A DNA stretch of 31,474 bases, taken from contig JBNPEG010000203.1 in assembly GCA_051117555.1 (NCBI GenBank), forward strand, positions 1 through 31,474, read 5' to 3'. The notes beneath the pieces were generated by a model. The model made no database searches, was not told the DNA's origin, and worked only from the letters and a program-made list of their open reading frames with translations. Below are positions 1 to 8,932 of this stretch, piece after piece. Positions within the stretch are counted from its first letter, which is position 1. Each line of letters begins with the position of its first letter. The translations under genes and the position numbers were made by a program. Source of the DNA: Elainellaceae cyanobacterium (GTDB lineage Bacteria > Cyanobacteriota > Cyanobacteriia > CAZCXK01).

Positions 1-57
1 CAGATGTTTTAACTCCTCGCTACTTTCCGAAATTTCTAATCGGTAGACCCCTGCCAT
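1..57 (-). CDS. IS630-family transposase, N-terminal 19 codons (runs off window)
   Basis: ATG at 57-55 gives MAGVYRLEISESSEELKHL, resembling the N-terminus of cyanobacterial IS630 HTH transposases (recalled pattern MAGVxxLEIxESxEELKxLL). An AAGGAG lies a short distance upstream. Confidence 0.7.
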   Translation of the reverse strand, partial: MAGVYRLEISESSEELKHL

Positions 58-126
58 GGATATATGCCAAACTCTGCTCCTTCATAATTGCAGAATCTGT
101 AGCCTCAACCAAGAGAATTGGTATTA
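1..126 (-). mobile_element. End of an IS630-family insertion sequence, inserted at a TA in the RND gene; the element continues off the left edge
   Basis: Minus strand reads TA-ATACCAATTCTCTTGGTTGAGGCTACA, followed by a transposase-like start at 57. RND homology starts abruptly just after the TA at 125-126. A TA target is characteristic of IS630/Tc1 elements. Confidence 0.75.
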
Positions 127-2601
127 GACGAAAATGTGTCGATTCCAAGCGGCATCGTCGAGGGAGAATTGAATGAGTTTTCAGTCCGCACGATTGGTCG
201 ATTGCAAGAGCCTGAGGAATATGAAGATATCGTGCTGAGAAGTAATCCGGATGGCTCTCAAGTGCGGCTACAAGATGTCGGCTATGCAGAACTTGGCGCT
301 GAAGACTATCGCTCGTTTGTTCGATTCAATCAGCAGTCGGCAGTAGGGCTGGGGATTATCAAACTTTCGGATGCCAATACGCTCCAAGTTGCCAGGGATG
401 TGAAAGCCAAGATGCAGCAACTCGCCGAGGAGTTTCCTCAGGGAATACAGTATGCGATCGCCTCTGATGATTCTCGCTTTGTCGATGTGGCTATCAATCG
501 GGTGTGGCAGTCGCTATTTTTTGCCATTGGCTTGGTGATTTTGGTCATCTTTGTCTTTTTGCGCGACTGGCGAGCAACGCTGGTTCCCGCCGTGACGATT
601 CCGGTAGCATTGATTGGCGCATTCGCCATGATGTATCTCTTAGACTTTTCAATCAACACGCTGACCCTGTTTGCGCTCACCCTCGCTACTGGGCTGGTTG
701 TTGATGATACGATTGTGGTGCTTGAAAACATCGTTCGCCACATTCAAGACGATGATATGCCCCCCTTTCAAGCCGCATTTATTGGCGTTGCAGAAGTTGT
801 GTTTGCGGTCATTGCGACGACTGTCGTACTGATTGCAGTATTTGTCCCTGTCGGGTTTTCAACGGGCGTCACAGGACGACTCTTCACCGAATTTTCGTTG
901 ACCCTGGCTGGAGCCGTTGTGGTGTCATCCTTTGTGGCGCTGACCTTGGCTCCAACACTGTCAGCGCGACTGCTACGTCAAGGTGGAGCACCCAGCAACG
1001 TCGTCTTTGACTGGTTTGAACGAGCCTTTGACCAACTTCGTCAGTTTTATAACACTACGCTGCGACACGCCATGCAGTTTCGAATCATTGTCGTAGTTGC
1101 ATTTATCGCTCTGCTAGGATTCACCTACGCGACGTTTACATTTTTGCCCTTATCCTTTCTGCCAACGGAAGACCGAGCCTCGATTTTTACTATCGTGCGT
1201 GCGCCAGAAGGCGTGAGCATCAACTACACCGATCGAGTGATGCAGCAGGTTGAGGACGCCTATAGCGAGGTGCCAGAGGTCGAAAGCTACTTTACGATTG
1301 GTGGATTTTCGCCCGGCGGCGGCTCAGGAGTGAATGAGGGAATTGCGTTTGTCAACCTCAAGCCGTGGGAGCAGCGCACCGAGCCGAGCGAGTCTCAGCA
1401 AGCCATCGTCAATCGATTGAGACAGCGATTTTCCAGTATTACCGATGCAGTCGTGCTTCCCATCAATCCATCAGGATTGCCTGGTGCGGGATTTAGCCAG
1501 CCGGTTCAGTTTGTGCTGCAAGGAAACAATCTCCAAAATCTGTCGCAAACGTCTAACACCCTGGCAAATCAAGCGCGTCAGCTCCCCGAACTCGTGAATG
1601 TCGATTCCAACTTTCAACTCAATAAGCCTGAATTGCGGGTGTTAGTCGATCGCAAGCAAGCGGCTGATGTGGGTGTCACGGTGTCTGATATTGCTAGCAC
1701 GCTTCAGATTCTCCTAGGTGGAGAAGATATTACCAGCTTCAATCTAGAAAATCGGCGCTTCGAGGTCATCGTTAAATCCCAAGATCGTTACCGAGACACA
1801 ATCGATAGCATTGATAGCTTCTACGTGCGATCGCGCGATGATGAGCTCGTGCCTTTAGCGAGTGTAGTGGATGTGGAGCGATCGACAACGCCGCCACAAA
1901 TCAATCACTTCAACCGTCTACGGTCTGCCACGATCCAAGGCAGCCCGGGGCCAGATTCAGGGCTAGGGGGGGCACTCACAGCGTTGGAAAATTTAGCGCA
2001 GCAGGTGTTGCCCAGTGAAATCACGACTGCCTTGTCAGGACAGTCCCTTGAATTCAGAGAGGCCGGGCAATCAACCTTGTTTATCTTTGGGCTGGCGCTA
2101 GCATTTATTTTCCTAGTGCTTGCGGCTCAGTTTGAAAGTTATTTTGACCCCATTGTGATTTTGCTGGCAGTGCCGCTGTCTCTACTCGGCGCATTTGGCG
2201 CGCTGCTGATTGCCGGACTCAACCTAAATATTTATGGTCAGATTGGCTTGATCATGCTGATTGGTCTGGTAACGAAGAACTCGATTTTGATTGTAGAATT
2301 TGCCAATCAGCGACGAGAGCAGGGCGAATCCACGATTCAAGCGGCGCTAGATGCCGGAGACATTCGGTTTCGTCCCATTCTCATGACGGCATTTTCAACG
2401 ATTTTTGGTCTGATGCCGCTCGCCCTTTCATCAGGAGCCGGGGCATTGAGCCGCGTCTCACTGGGCACCGTCGTGCTCGGTGGCATGATCATGTCTACGC
2501 TATTGAGTTTGTATGTGATCCCCGTGTTTTATGCGATCGCCATCCGTTTCCAACACCGCTTGCTGGGCAAATCGATTAGCAAGTCGACACGCAAATCCTG
2601 A
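124..2601 (+). pseudogene. AcrB/AcrD/AcrF-family RND efflux permease, 3' part; the N-terminal ~200 aa is cut off by the IS
   Basis: Motifs GLVVDDTIVVLENI, FLPTED, IGLVTKNSILIVEF and RFRPILMT. The ORF begins at ENVSIPSG, roughly residue 200 of a ~1030-aa RND protein, so TM1 and the first porter segment are missing. The TTG start in the ORF track (118) lies inside the IS end. Confidence 0.85.
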
Positions 2602-2679
2602 TCGTTCCAGCCCGGACATCATGAAATTCTTGCTGATTACCGGGTACTGGAGTTCGATCAGGATGCTAAGGAGCTTGGT

Positions 2680-2895
2680 CTAATCAACCGAGCAGCTTTC
2701 TTCGTTGCACGAAATGTTTTCTGTAACGGCTTCGGCCGGAACAATCGTGAATCCTCCCACGCGGATGCCTTCAAAGCCAAACTGATCCTGTAAAACCTGG
2801 CTAAAACTGGCAATGATATTGGGTAATTGCTTTTCAATCTCAGCTCGTAACTGGTCGGCTTCAGGGGGTGGATTTCCAACGGTTTCTACAGCCAT
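2680..2895 (-). CDS. Small acidic hypothetical protein (71 aa) with a C-terminal CxxxxC
   Basis: ATG preceded by AGGA about 10 nt upstream; protein-like composition; same strand as and directly downstream of the CP12 gene. Confidence 0.65.
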   Translation of the reverse strand: MAVETVGNPPPEADQLRAEIEKQLPNIIASFSQVLQDQFGFEGIRVGGFTIVPAEAVTENISCNEESCSVD

Positions 2896-3036
2896 AAGAC
2901 AAATGTCCTGGATTAACGATTACGTTCATTCTAGGGTGAAAGATTTGCGTTAGAACTCTTCTGCCCGTTTTATCAGAAAGTATCCTGACTAAGGGATTGG
3001 GCAAGGAATGGGGAAACACTCGATGCCACAGATTGA

Positions 3037-3336
3037 CTATACCTCGTAGATTCGGCTCTCCGGTGCATCGGGATGCTGCAAGCAATATTCCTCGAATGGA
3101 GTCATAGATTGCGTCTCGCGTTGGCAGGACTGAGCCACGAACAGTTCTTCTACAATGTCCCAAGCGACTGCCGATTCGGGCGACGTGATTCCGTAGGCGT
3201 GAGACACTTCGCGAGCAGCTTCGAGGGCATTTGCAATCTGGACAGCTAATGTCAACTGGGTTGAATCTACGAATGAACGATTATCTTGCTGAACAGTAGA
3301 CATGGTTTGATTAGGGCGTTGAAGGGCTTGAACCAT
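3037..3336 (-). CDS. cp12: Calvin-cycle regulator CP12 homologue (atypical Cys-to-Ser variant)
   Basis: Core AWDIVEEL motif and C-terminal FEEYCLQHPDAPESRIYEV; GGAG RBS upstream of the ATG at 3336. Confidence 0.9.
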   Translation of the reverse strand: MVQALQRPNQTMSTVQQDNRSFVDSTQLTLAVQIANALEAAREVSHAYGITSPESAVAWDIVEELFVAQSCQRETQSMTPFEEYCLQHPDAPESRIYEV

Positions 3337-3522
3337 CTTTCAATCTCCGATGTAATGCTCTATGGCTTTACTATATTTATAAATTAGGCTGATTTCAATA
3401 GCTCATTCATATAATTTCTATTTATCAGTTATAACGATTGCTTAACTCATGCTAGGCACAGTGATTTGCGTTCGCATTAACGGCACAAATTGACGACATG
3501 AATGGGACCGAAACAAAGTCGG

Positions 3523-3813
3523 TGTTTAGAGGGACACGATATCGCGGGCGTTGCTCGGTACAAACACACGTTTTCTGTTCGCCAACAGCGTCAAGGACGA
3601 GTTATTCAACTGGTGTTTGACGGGGTAAGACTATGCTGCTGATGTATGGCTCAATGGGCATTATTTGGGGTTTCATGAGGGATACTTTCACCCGTTTAGC
3701 GTTGATCTATCAATCCTACTTCGATACCCAAGTGCATACCGCTATACTCGCCCCGGAGGAACCGGGTCGGAACAAGGGCAAGACCCACAACCAGGAATAG
3801 TGGTGGCATTTGA
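3523..3813 (+). pseudogene. Degraded glycoside hydrolase family 2 (beta-mannosidase/galactosidase-like) N-terminal fragment
   Basis: Manual translation: LEGHDIAGVARYKHTF...IQLVFDGV, then one extra A at ~3628, then DYAADVWLNGHYLGFHEGYFHPFSVDLS...TRPGG, then a second shift to NSGGI-TGA (3811-3813). This matches the GH2 sugar-binding domain pattern LxFxGVDYxAxVWLNGxxLGxHEGxFxPF and the GGIW motif. Confidence 0.8.
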
Positions 3814-3885
3814 ATGAATGTCTTACCCTGAAAGGTGGAACAGGTATCGATTTAGGCTCCAAACTCTCAAAACTGGGCGGGGATC

Positions 3886-4194
3886 ATGACTGGCGAAGAG
3901 TTGCATCAGCTATTGCTAGAAAAGTGGGGATATTCGTTTGACGTTCAACTGCGACGCATTCAAGATAAAGTATTCGTCCAAGTCATGTGGAAATATCTGG
4001 AACAGGCGTCTTTCCCAATGACCGAACCCGAATACGAGGCACATCTAGACACCATCGCGAGCTATCTTAACGCGCTCGGTGGCACCGATCAGGTTAAAAC
4101 ATTTATCGACCAAACGCGCGATCGCCCCCGTTTAGGCAAGGCAGTGAGTATTCCTATTGATTTGGGTGCCCGATCATCGGAATGGATGCTTTAG
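3886..4194 (+). CDS. DUF3067-family protein
   Basis: MTGEELHQLLLEKWGYSFDVQL...QVMWKYLEQASFP...RPRLGKAVSIP, typical of this cyanobacterial/plastid family. Confidence 0.85.
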   Translation: MTGEELHQLLLEKWGYSFDVQLRRIQDKVFVQVMWKYLEQASFPMTEPEYEAHLDTIASYLNALGGTDQVKTFIDQTRDRPRLGKAVSIPIDLGARSSEWML

Positions 4195-4208
4195 AACTGG
4201 ATCTGGGT

Positions 4209-4544
4209 CTACGAGATTCGAGATCCGAGTGGCACGTCGCGATCAGGCTGAATCAGGGCAACGCCGCCGCTTTCCATCACAACGCCTAACACCAAAACCT
4301 CAGACATAAAGTTGGCAATCTGGCGCGGTGGAAAGTTTGTCACTGCTAAGACCAGCCGTCCTACTAACTCATCTAATGCATAAAATGTCGTGATCTGGGC
4401 GCTTGATTTTTTGATGCCTAACTCGCCAAAGTCAATCCAAAGCTGGTAAGCAGGCTTGCGAGCGTTAGGAAACTCCTTGGCATCGATAATTTTGCCAACT
4501 CGGATTTCAACCTTCTCGAAGTCGCTGTAGGTAATTTCTGCCAT
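4209..4544 (-). CDS. csaA: CsaA-type tRNA-binding/export chaperone (OB fold)
   Basis: DFEKVEIRVGKI, ARKPAYQLWIDFG, KKSSAQIT, NFPPRQIANFMSEVLVLG. The ATG at 4544 is the likely start. Confidence 0.88.
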   Translation of the reverse strand: MAEITYSDFEKVEIRVGKIIDAKEFPNARKPAYQLWIDFGELGIKKSSAQITTFYALDELVGRLVLAVTNFPPRQIANFMSEVLVLGVVMESGGVALIQPDRDVPLGSRIS

Positions 4545-4582
4545 GGGTGCTGATAGCAATCAAGAGCAAGCACTCTCGAAGA

Positions 4583-4622
4583 AAAGGGGCGATCGAAAGG
4601 GGCGATCGAAAGGGGCGATCGC
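4583..4622. repeat. 13-bp tandem repeat AAAGGGGCGATCG x3, ending in a full HIP1 site
   Basis: Units at 4583-4595, 4596-4608 and 4609-4621; GCGATCGC at 4615-4622. Confidence 0.9.
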
Positions 4623-5417
4623 CTAGCGTTTAAACAGCAATACTAGCCCAACGCCGCCAAAATATAGCCCTACGACCGCGCCTCCCAACAAACTTTGGGT
4701 AATCGGATCGGTAGAGGGCGTCAATACCGCACCCAAAATTGCTGCTCCCAAGAACACATAGCGCCAGCCTGAGAGCATCTGCTTCGCTGAAACGATGCCC
4801 AACATTCCTAGCAGAAACTGCACAACAGGAATCTGGAACGCCAGCCCTGTGCTAAACATCAACAACAACACAAATTCAAAGTATCGATCAATCGACCAGA
4901 GTTGCTCGACGACGTCTGCACCATAGCTGATAAAAAAGTTTAACGCAGCCGGAATTAACAGGAAATAGGAAAACGCCAGCCCTCCAAAAAACAAGACGCT
5001 CGACCCCAAGACAATAGGTCCTAACAAGCGACGTTCTCGAAGGGTTAGACCAGGAACCACAAAGCGAATAATCTGATACAGAATAAACGGACTCGCCAGC
5101 AGCAAACCACTATAGCCCGCCACTTTGATTGATACAAAGAAATATTCCCCAGGCGAAAGCTGAAGAAACTTTGCTCCTTTTGCCGGGATTTCTAAAATTT
5201 CGACGATGCGGTTAACGAACGTGAAGCATACGACTACGCCGACAAACGCTGCAATGAGAGAATAAAAAATTCGGAATCGCAGTTCTTCCAGATGATCAAA
5301 CAGCGACATTTCGATATCATCGGGTGCCTCGTTAGCATCATTCGGGTCAGGTTGCCCATTCTTTGAAATCGCTGTCTTATTTTTTTCTTGCTGGGCTGAA
5401 TCCGAAAGAGTGGTCAT
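4623..5417 (-). CDS. tatC: Twin-arginine translocase subunit TatC
   Basis: [38 protein letters not shown]; six hydrophobic segments. Confidence 0.96.
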   Translation of the reverse strand: MTTLSDSAQQEKNKTAISKNGQPDPNDANEAPDDIEMSLFDHLEELRFRIFYSLIAAFVGVVVCFTFVNRIVEILEIPAKGAKFLQLSPGEYFFVSIKVAGYSGLLLASPFILYQIIRFVVPGLTLRERRLLGPIVLGSSVLFFGGLAFSYFLLIPAALNFFISYGADVVEQLWSIDRYFEFVLLLMFSTGLAFQIPVVQFLLGMLGIVSAKQMLSGWRYVFLGAAILGAVLTPSTDPITQSLLGGAVVGLYFGGVGLVLLFKR

Positions 5418-5632
5418 GAGTTTGCCTAAATCCTCGATTCCCTGTGTTGGCTGTATTAGCTCTATTGGCTAGTTGCGTCATCGACTGTTGATTGGTGGCC
5501 GAGTCGCTTCGTTGGTTATCGCTTCGTTGACTATTGTATATGGGCTAGTCGTGAAGACTTAAAAAACTCTGTTCGCATTCTAGCGGGAAGGACTGATTTA
5601 GTGTCACTCTATTACAGAAAAAGCGCATGCAG

Positions 5633-5660
5633 AAAAGGCTGAACCCAATAGATTCAGCCC
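5633..5660 (-). terminator. Probable intrinsic terminator of the DUF4168 gene
   Basis: Minus strand GGCTGAA-TCTATTGGG-TTCAGCC-TTTT, about 30 nt after the stop codon. Confidence 0.6.
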
Positions 5661-5692
5661 GTTTGATTATTCACGCTAGAGAAATGTGCTAG

Positions 5693-6364
5693 TTAGTTTT
5701 GCAAGAGTTCCTGCACTTGCTGTCGCAGTGAGGGATCTTGCTGCACTGCGACCAAAATTTCATTGAATCGTTCGGGGTCTAATCCTGCTGTTTCAAGAAC
5801 TTGCTCTCGCTGAGCGGTAATTTCGGTTTCGATTGACTGAATCTGAGCATACGCGTCATTAAATGACTGTGCTTCTTCAGGAGAGACGTCGGCTTCGGGT
5901 GCCATTTCTGGTGACTCTTGCGCCTGAAAAATCTCGCTAAATCTCTCCCGACTCAGCCCCGATTCTTCAATGACAGCAACCACCTGTTCTTCAGCCGTTT
6001 GCTGAATGGCTTGCAGATCAGGAACCACATTCGCAAATTGCTGGATTTCTTCAGACGAAATGGGGTCTGCCTCTGCGGGTGACTCCGATGGACTGGCGGG
6101 TTGCTCGACTGGCTCTGTTTCAGCCGGAGCGGGTTGCGCGTCGGGGGCAGTCGGCTCGGTGTCAGGAGCCTCCAGATCAGATGCGTCTCCAGCAGGCATG
6201 TCGGGGTCTGGGGTTTGAGCAACCTGACTAAGAGCTTCGGCATCCGATTTCTGAGAAAGTACAAGCTGAGCCCAAGCGGGCGCACAAACTAGAGCACTCA
6301 TTCCCACTACGCCTAACACTGCGGGAAGTGCCTTGGAGCGAATCCGTCGTTTGAAAATGGCCAT
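5693..6364 (-). CDS. Exported DUF4168-domain protein
   Basis: Signal peptide ending in AWA-Q, Pro/Glu-rich linker, and two repeats of the ISxEExxxF...IEESGLSxERFxEI pattern. Confidence 0.75.
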   Translation of the reverse strand: MAIFKRRIRSKALPAVLGVVGMSALVCAPAWAQLVLSQKSDAEALSQVAQTPDPDMPAGDASDLEAPDTEPTAPDAQPAPAETEPVEQPASPSESPAEADPISSEEIQQFANVVPDLQAIQQTAEEQVVAVIEESGLSRERFSEIFQAQESPEMAPEADVSPEEAQSFNDAYAQIQSIETEITAQREQVLETAGLDPERFNEILVAVQQDPSLRQQVQELLQN

Positions 6365-6458
6365 GATTCGTTTCTAATCGTTACTAAGTCGTCAACAGAC
6401 CTTAGGTTAAGACGAGAAAGTAAAAAATCGGAAAAGACCGCTCGTTTAGTCAGAGAAA

Positions 6459-8696
6459 TTAGGGCGTTTGGCCTACAAGAGTAGCGTGCTTGGGAGAATA
6501 TTGGGCTAAACGCTCTGAGACTTGAGGATTATAGAGACGGAGGTAGTTCCAATAATTCTCGAATACGGATTCAACATATCCTTTAGTTTCCGGAAATGGA
6601 ATTTGCTCGACAAACCAGTCTGGATCGCTAAATCCAAATCGAGCAATCCAATCAGCGACGCTGCCCGGTCCGGCATTGTAGCTCGCCACCGCGAACAATG
6701 AATTATCGCTGTATTCTTCGTGGGTATAGTCCAGATACCAAGTACCCAGTTTTAAATTGTCGTCGGGATCGTTGAGGGTAAAGTCTCCCACATCCGTTTG
6801 TTGAGCAATCCAGTCGGCGGTTGATGGCATCACCTGCATCAGCCCAGTTGCCCCTACGACCGACTGTATTCGCGGCTCGAAGCGGGATTCTTGGCGAATC
6901 AGCGCAGTCACAAGTACCGGGTTGATCTGTCTTTCCTTTGACCACGCTTCAATGGATTCTAAAAAGGGAAACGGGTATAGAGCTTGCCAATAGGCAGTTT
7001 GCTCTTTTGCTTCTGCGTAGTCTAATGCGTCTTCGGCTTTGGCTCGCCATGATAGACTCGACAGCATAAAAATGCCGTCTAGATTGTCTCCGATGCCAAT
7101 CCGCATCAGACCATCGGTAAATTGTTCTGCAACGGTAGGCTGGACAGGGTTTTGAAATTCGACTTGCCACATAGACCAAGCATCTCGATCTTGACCCAGT
7201 AAATACAGTTCTTGGAGAACATCTGACCCGGTTGGTGGAACTCCTCGCCGTGACGGTTTCACTAGATCGGGAATTTTAGACCGAACGGTGGTAAAGTCTC
7301 CCACATCCCATCCTAAAAACGTCGCCGATCGCCACGCGTAGTACGACTCTGGATATTCAGTCAAAACATGCTCAAACGCGTTTTTGGCTTCGTTTTGCTG
7401 CCCCAACTGCACCGCCCACTTGCCCACCCAAAATGCCGCTTCCGGAGCAAGTTCACTATCAGGATTTTCCGTCACAACTTGACCTGCCCATTCCCAGGCA
7501 GATTTTAAGTCGTCTCGCTCAGCCTGTCGTTCTGCTTGCTGCCAGCGAATCTCGGCGGCTGCGTCAGAATTGCTGTACTGATTTAGAACCGATTGTCGGG
7601 CTTGGTCGGCTGATTCAGGACTCTGAAGCTCGTCTAAGGCGGCAGCTCGGTCAACTAACGCTTCTGCGGCGTGATCAGGAAATTGTTCAATAATTTGGTC
7701 TAAGTAGGCGATCGCCTGCGTGGCGCTGACCATCCGAGACAAACGCAATAGCGCCTCTGCGGTTTCCTCTGCCTCTGGAAACTCTTGAACTAGGCGTTGA
7801 TAGGCTGCGATCGCATCGCTGCGGCGTTCATCAAGCTGCGCTCCTCGACCCGCCCGATACAGATTGAGCGACGTTGCAGGCGCATTCTCATAGGCATAGG
7901 AGGCGCTGCCATAGTATTGGTTTTCCCAGTAGGCAAAGGCGATCGCCTGCCAGTCGTCGGGTTGAAGCTGGGCGGCATACTCATTGACGAGGCGATCGAG
8001 CACCGACACGATTTCTGGATCATAGAGCCCATGTTTGGCAATCAGCAGCAATAGTTGAGGCTGATCGGGGGTTTCACTCAGACGAGTTTGGGCAATTTCA
8101 ATCGAGCGGGGATGGGCCGGGAGGCTTTCGAGCGCTTGATCCCAATACTGGGGTTCGGTTTTGCCCAGAGCAAACAGGGCTTCTGCTGCCATCGGATGGT
8201 CAGGAAACGTTGATAGCAAGTCTTGCCAAGTTGATCGTGCTGCTTCAGGGCTTCCAGTTGCCGTATAGGCCTTTGCTCGCTGATAGAGAATCGCAGGAGC
8301 CAGGGCTGGATAGTCGTCTTCTAAGCCCTCTAGCCATTCCAGAGCGGCTCCCGCCTGCCCCTGCTGAATCAGGTCATTAGCGAGCAGGTATCGAGCACGA
8401 CTCTGCTCAAGGGCAGTGGGTTTGCCGGTGGTATCGGTCGATTCTCCGTTGGCGATCGCCTCTAGTTCGTCTGCGCGATCGGCTGGAGAATGCCCCACCA
8501 GTTGTAAGACATACGAATCAGCATTGCCGTCAGGATCGAGGATAGTAGAGGCGGTATTTTCACCCGTCCCTGCTGTAAATGGAAGGTTAAACGGAATCGT
8601 GCCAGCACACTTTGAGAGAGCAATTCCCCCTGCGATCGCAACGAGTAGTCCTGCGCTAATTCCGACCAGACGTTTTGTTTTACGCGACTTCAGCAT
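6459..8696 (-). CDS. slt: Soluble lytic murein transglycosylase with TPR-like repeats
   Basis: C-terminal SLT motifs IRQESRF, GATGLMQVMP, SYNAGPG, IPFPETKGYV; N-terminal membrane anchor and helical repeats. Confidence 0.92.
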   Translation of the reverse strand: MLKSRKTKRLVGISAGLLVAIAGGIALSKCAGTIPFNLPFTAGTGENTASTILDPDGNADSYVLQLVGHSPADRADELEAIANGESTDTTGKPTALEQSRARYLLANDLIQQGQAGAALEWLEGLEDDYPALAPAILYQRAKAYTATGSPEAARSTWQDLLSTFPDHPMAAEALFALGKTEPQYWDQALESLPAHPRSIEIAQTRLSETPDQPQLLLLIAKHGLYDPEIVSVLDRLVNEYAAQLQPDDWQAIAFAYWENQYYGSASYAYENAPATSLNLYRAGRGAQLDERRSDAIAAYQRLVQEFPEAEETAEALLRLSRMVSATQAIAYLDQIIEQFPDHAAEALVDRAAALDELQSPESADQARQSVLNQYSNSDAAAEIRWQQAERQAERDDLKSAWEWAGQVVTENPDSELAPEAAFWVGKWAVQLGQQNEAKNAFEHVLTEYPESYYAWRSATFLGWDVGDFTTVRSKIPDLVKPSRRGVPPTGSDVLQELYLLGQDRDAWSMWQVEFQNPVQPTVAEQFTDGLMRIGIGDNLDGIFMLSSLSWRAKAEDALDYAEAKEQTAYWQALYPFPFLESIEAWSKERQINPVLVTALIRQESRFEPRIQSVVGATGLMQVMPSTADWIAQQTDVGDFTLNDPDDNLKLGTWYLDYTHEEYSDNSLFAVASYNAGPGSVADWIARFGFSDPDWFVEQIPFPETKGYVESVFENYWNYLRLYNPQVSERLAQYSPKHATLVGQTP

Positions 8697-8932
8697 CCAG
8701 ATTTCATCAATACACTAAAACAGTGATGCGCTTGCCCATTGTGAGTAGGGCTGCCTATGCCTAAACTCTCTTCGATTCTAGAAGTTTCAAAAATGTTCTG
8801 CTGAAAGAGTGCTGACGATTTCAACGCATCAATTCCAAAGAATTTCTTACCGTCTCCCGAATGGTAGCCTAAGCTCACACAAATTGAGCAATACTGGAAA
8901 ATGTGGTTAGAGATATTCAGGTAGCGTACGGC

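Noticed and set aside
118..126. TTG start for an 827-aa RND protein
   Set aside because: The codon lies within the IS end and the product would lack TM1; it is not the native start.
8600..8696. Possible lipoprotein signal in Slt (ALSK-C)
   Set aside because: Lys at -1 does not fit a lipobox; an uncleaved membrane anchor is more likely.
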